Shown piece by piece: positions 62,560 to 64,000 of a DNA stretch of 64,000 bases. Location of the stretch: NCBI RefSeq assembly GCF_963921235.1, contig NC_086097.1, forward strand, positions 1,984,001-2,048,000, written 5' to 3'. Position 1 is the stretch's first letter. Each line of letters starts with the position of its first letter. Position numbers and translations under genes: made by a program. The stretch is from Mobula hypostoma. Lineage: Eukaryota. The notes below the pieces were generated by a model that did no database searches, was not told where the DNA came from, and saw only the letters and a list, made by a program, of their open reading frames with translations.

Positions 62560-62975
62560 TTCAAAGTTCTAAGTATCAAAGTACACGTGTGTCACCTTGA
62601 GATTCGTTTTCTTGCAGGCATTCACACTAAATACAAGAGACACAATGGAATCATTGAAAGAGCTCACCAACAGGATGGATAAACAACCAACGTGCAAAAG
62701 ACGTCAAACTGTGCAAATACAATATAAAAAATCATTATATATTCAGAATGTGAGTTGACAGCCCTTGAAAGTGAATGCATAGTTGTAGGAACATTTCAGT
62801 GATGGGCTGAGTAAAGTTGAGTGAAGTTATCCCCTTTGGTTCAAGAGCCTGATGGTTGAGGGGTAATAACTGTTGCTGAGCCTGGTGGTGAGAGTCCTGA
62901 GGCTCCTGTACCTCCTTCCTGATGACGGCAGTGAGAAGAGAGCCTGGCCTCGGTGTAAGGCTGCTGATGATGGTT
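62560..62975 (-). mobile_element. Rex1/Babar 3' fragment (related to 1-538)
   Basis: LFSLPSSGRRYRSLRTLTTRLSNSYYPSTIRLLN. Confidence 0.78.
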
Positions 62976-63041
62976 TCATGTGTGTCACCAAGAAGTTTAC
63001 AAAGGAAATCTGTGTAGAATGTTGGACAACACAAATTGGTG

Positions 63042-64000
63042 AGACTATGAGAGAAAACTGGCGGGGAACATAAAAACTGACTGTAAAAGCTTTTATAGAT
63101 ATGTAAAAAGGAAAAGACTGGTAAAGACAAATGTAGGTCCCCTGCAGACAGAAACAGGTGAATTGATTATGGGGAGCAAGGACATGGCAGACCAATTGAA
63201 TAATTACTTTGGTTCTGTCTTCACTAAGGAGGACATAAATAATCTTCCAGAAATAGTAGGGGACAGAGGGTCCAGTGAGATGGAGGAACTGAGCGAAATA
63301 CATGTTAGTAGGGAAGTGGTGTTGGGTAAATTGAAGGGATTAAAGGCAGATAAATCCCCAGGGCCAGATGGTCTGCATCCCAGAGTGCTTAAGGAAGAAG
63401 CCCAAGAAATAGTGGATGCATTAGTGATAATTTTTCAAAACTCGTTAGATTCTGGACTAGTTCCTGAGGATTGGAGGGTGGCTAATGTAACCCCACTTTT
63501 TAAAAAAGGAGGGAGAGAGAAACCGGGGAATTATAGACCGGTTAGCCTAACGTCGGTGGTGGGGAAACTGCTGGAGTCAGTTATCAAAGATGTGATAACA
63601 GCACATTTGGAAAGTGGTGAAATCATCGGACAAAGTCAGCATGGATTTGTGAAAGGAAAATCATGTCTGACGAATCTCATAGAATTTTTTGAGGATGTAA
63701 CTAGTAGAGTAGATAGGGGAGAACCAGTGGATGTGGTATATTTGGATTTTCAAAAGGCTTTTGACAAGGTCCCACACAGGAGATTAGTGTGCAAACTTAA
63801 AGCACACGGTATTGGGGGTAAGATATTGATGTGGATAGAGAATTGGTTAGCAGACAGGAAGCAAAGCGTGGGAATAAACGGGACCTTTTCAGAATGGCAG
63901 GCAGTGACTAGTGGGGTACCGCAAGGCTCAGTGCTGGGACCCCAGTTGTTTACAATATATATTAATGACTTAGATGAGGGAATTAAATGCAGCATCTCCA
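63042..64000 (+). mobile_element. Young 5'-truncated CR1 (family D), uninterrupted ORF2 frame running off the window end
   Basis: My translation shows no stop or frameshift from [20 protein letters not shown] through [40 protein letters not shown] and [14 protein letters not shown]. It is absent from the ORF track because no stop codon falls in the window. Confidence 0.92.

Overview
This window is vertebrate, repeat-saturated non-coding DNA. It is most likely from a cartilaginous fish (ray or shark), inferred from HE1/V-SINE-like elements and the CR1/Rex1/Penelope repertoire. No host protein-coding gene can be supported, and every ORF with recognisable homology derives from a transposable element. 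Contents: many CR1 LINEs (one near full length with a C4-zinc-finger/SGNH-esterase ORF1, broken by a four-level nested insertion series); several Rex1/Babar families; two abutting Nimb/I-clade LINEs (gag-like ORF1, APE, RT, RNase H) that split a ~55-bp tandem array; an internally deleted Chapaev3 DNA transposon with TIRs and a TTA TSD; four solo LTRs; tRNA-derived SINEs; RTE-derived elements; a ~660-bp non-coding retroposon family with a YY1-type 5' motif; and several minisatellites. The most notable signal is a set of minimal type-I hammerhead ribozyme motifs (CUGANGA...GAAAC-GUC) in two Penelope-like families. One intact motif sits inside a 216-bp non-coding inverted-repeat insertion flanked by a perfect 14-bp target-site duplication. 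Family assignments come from recognised motifs, not database searches. Boundaries without a TSD are approximate.
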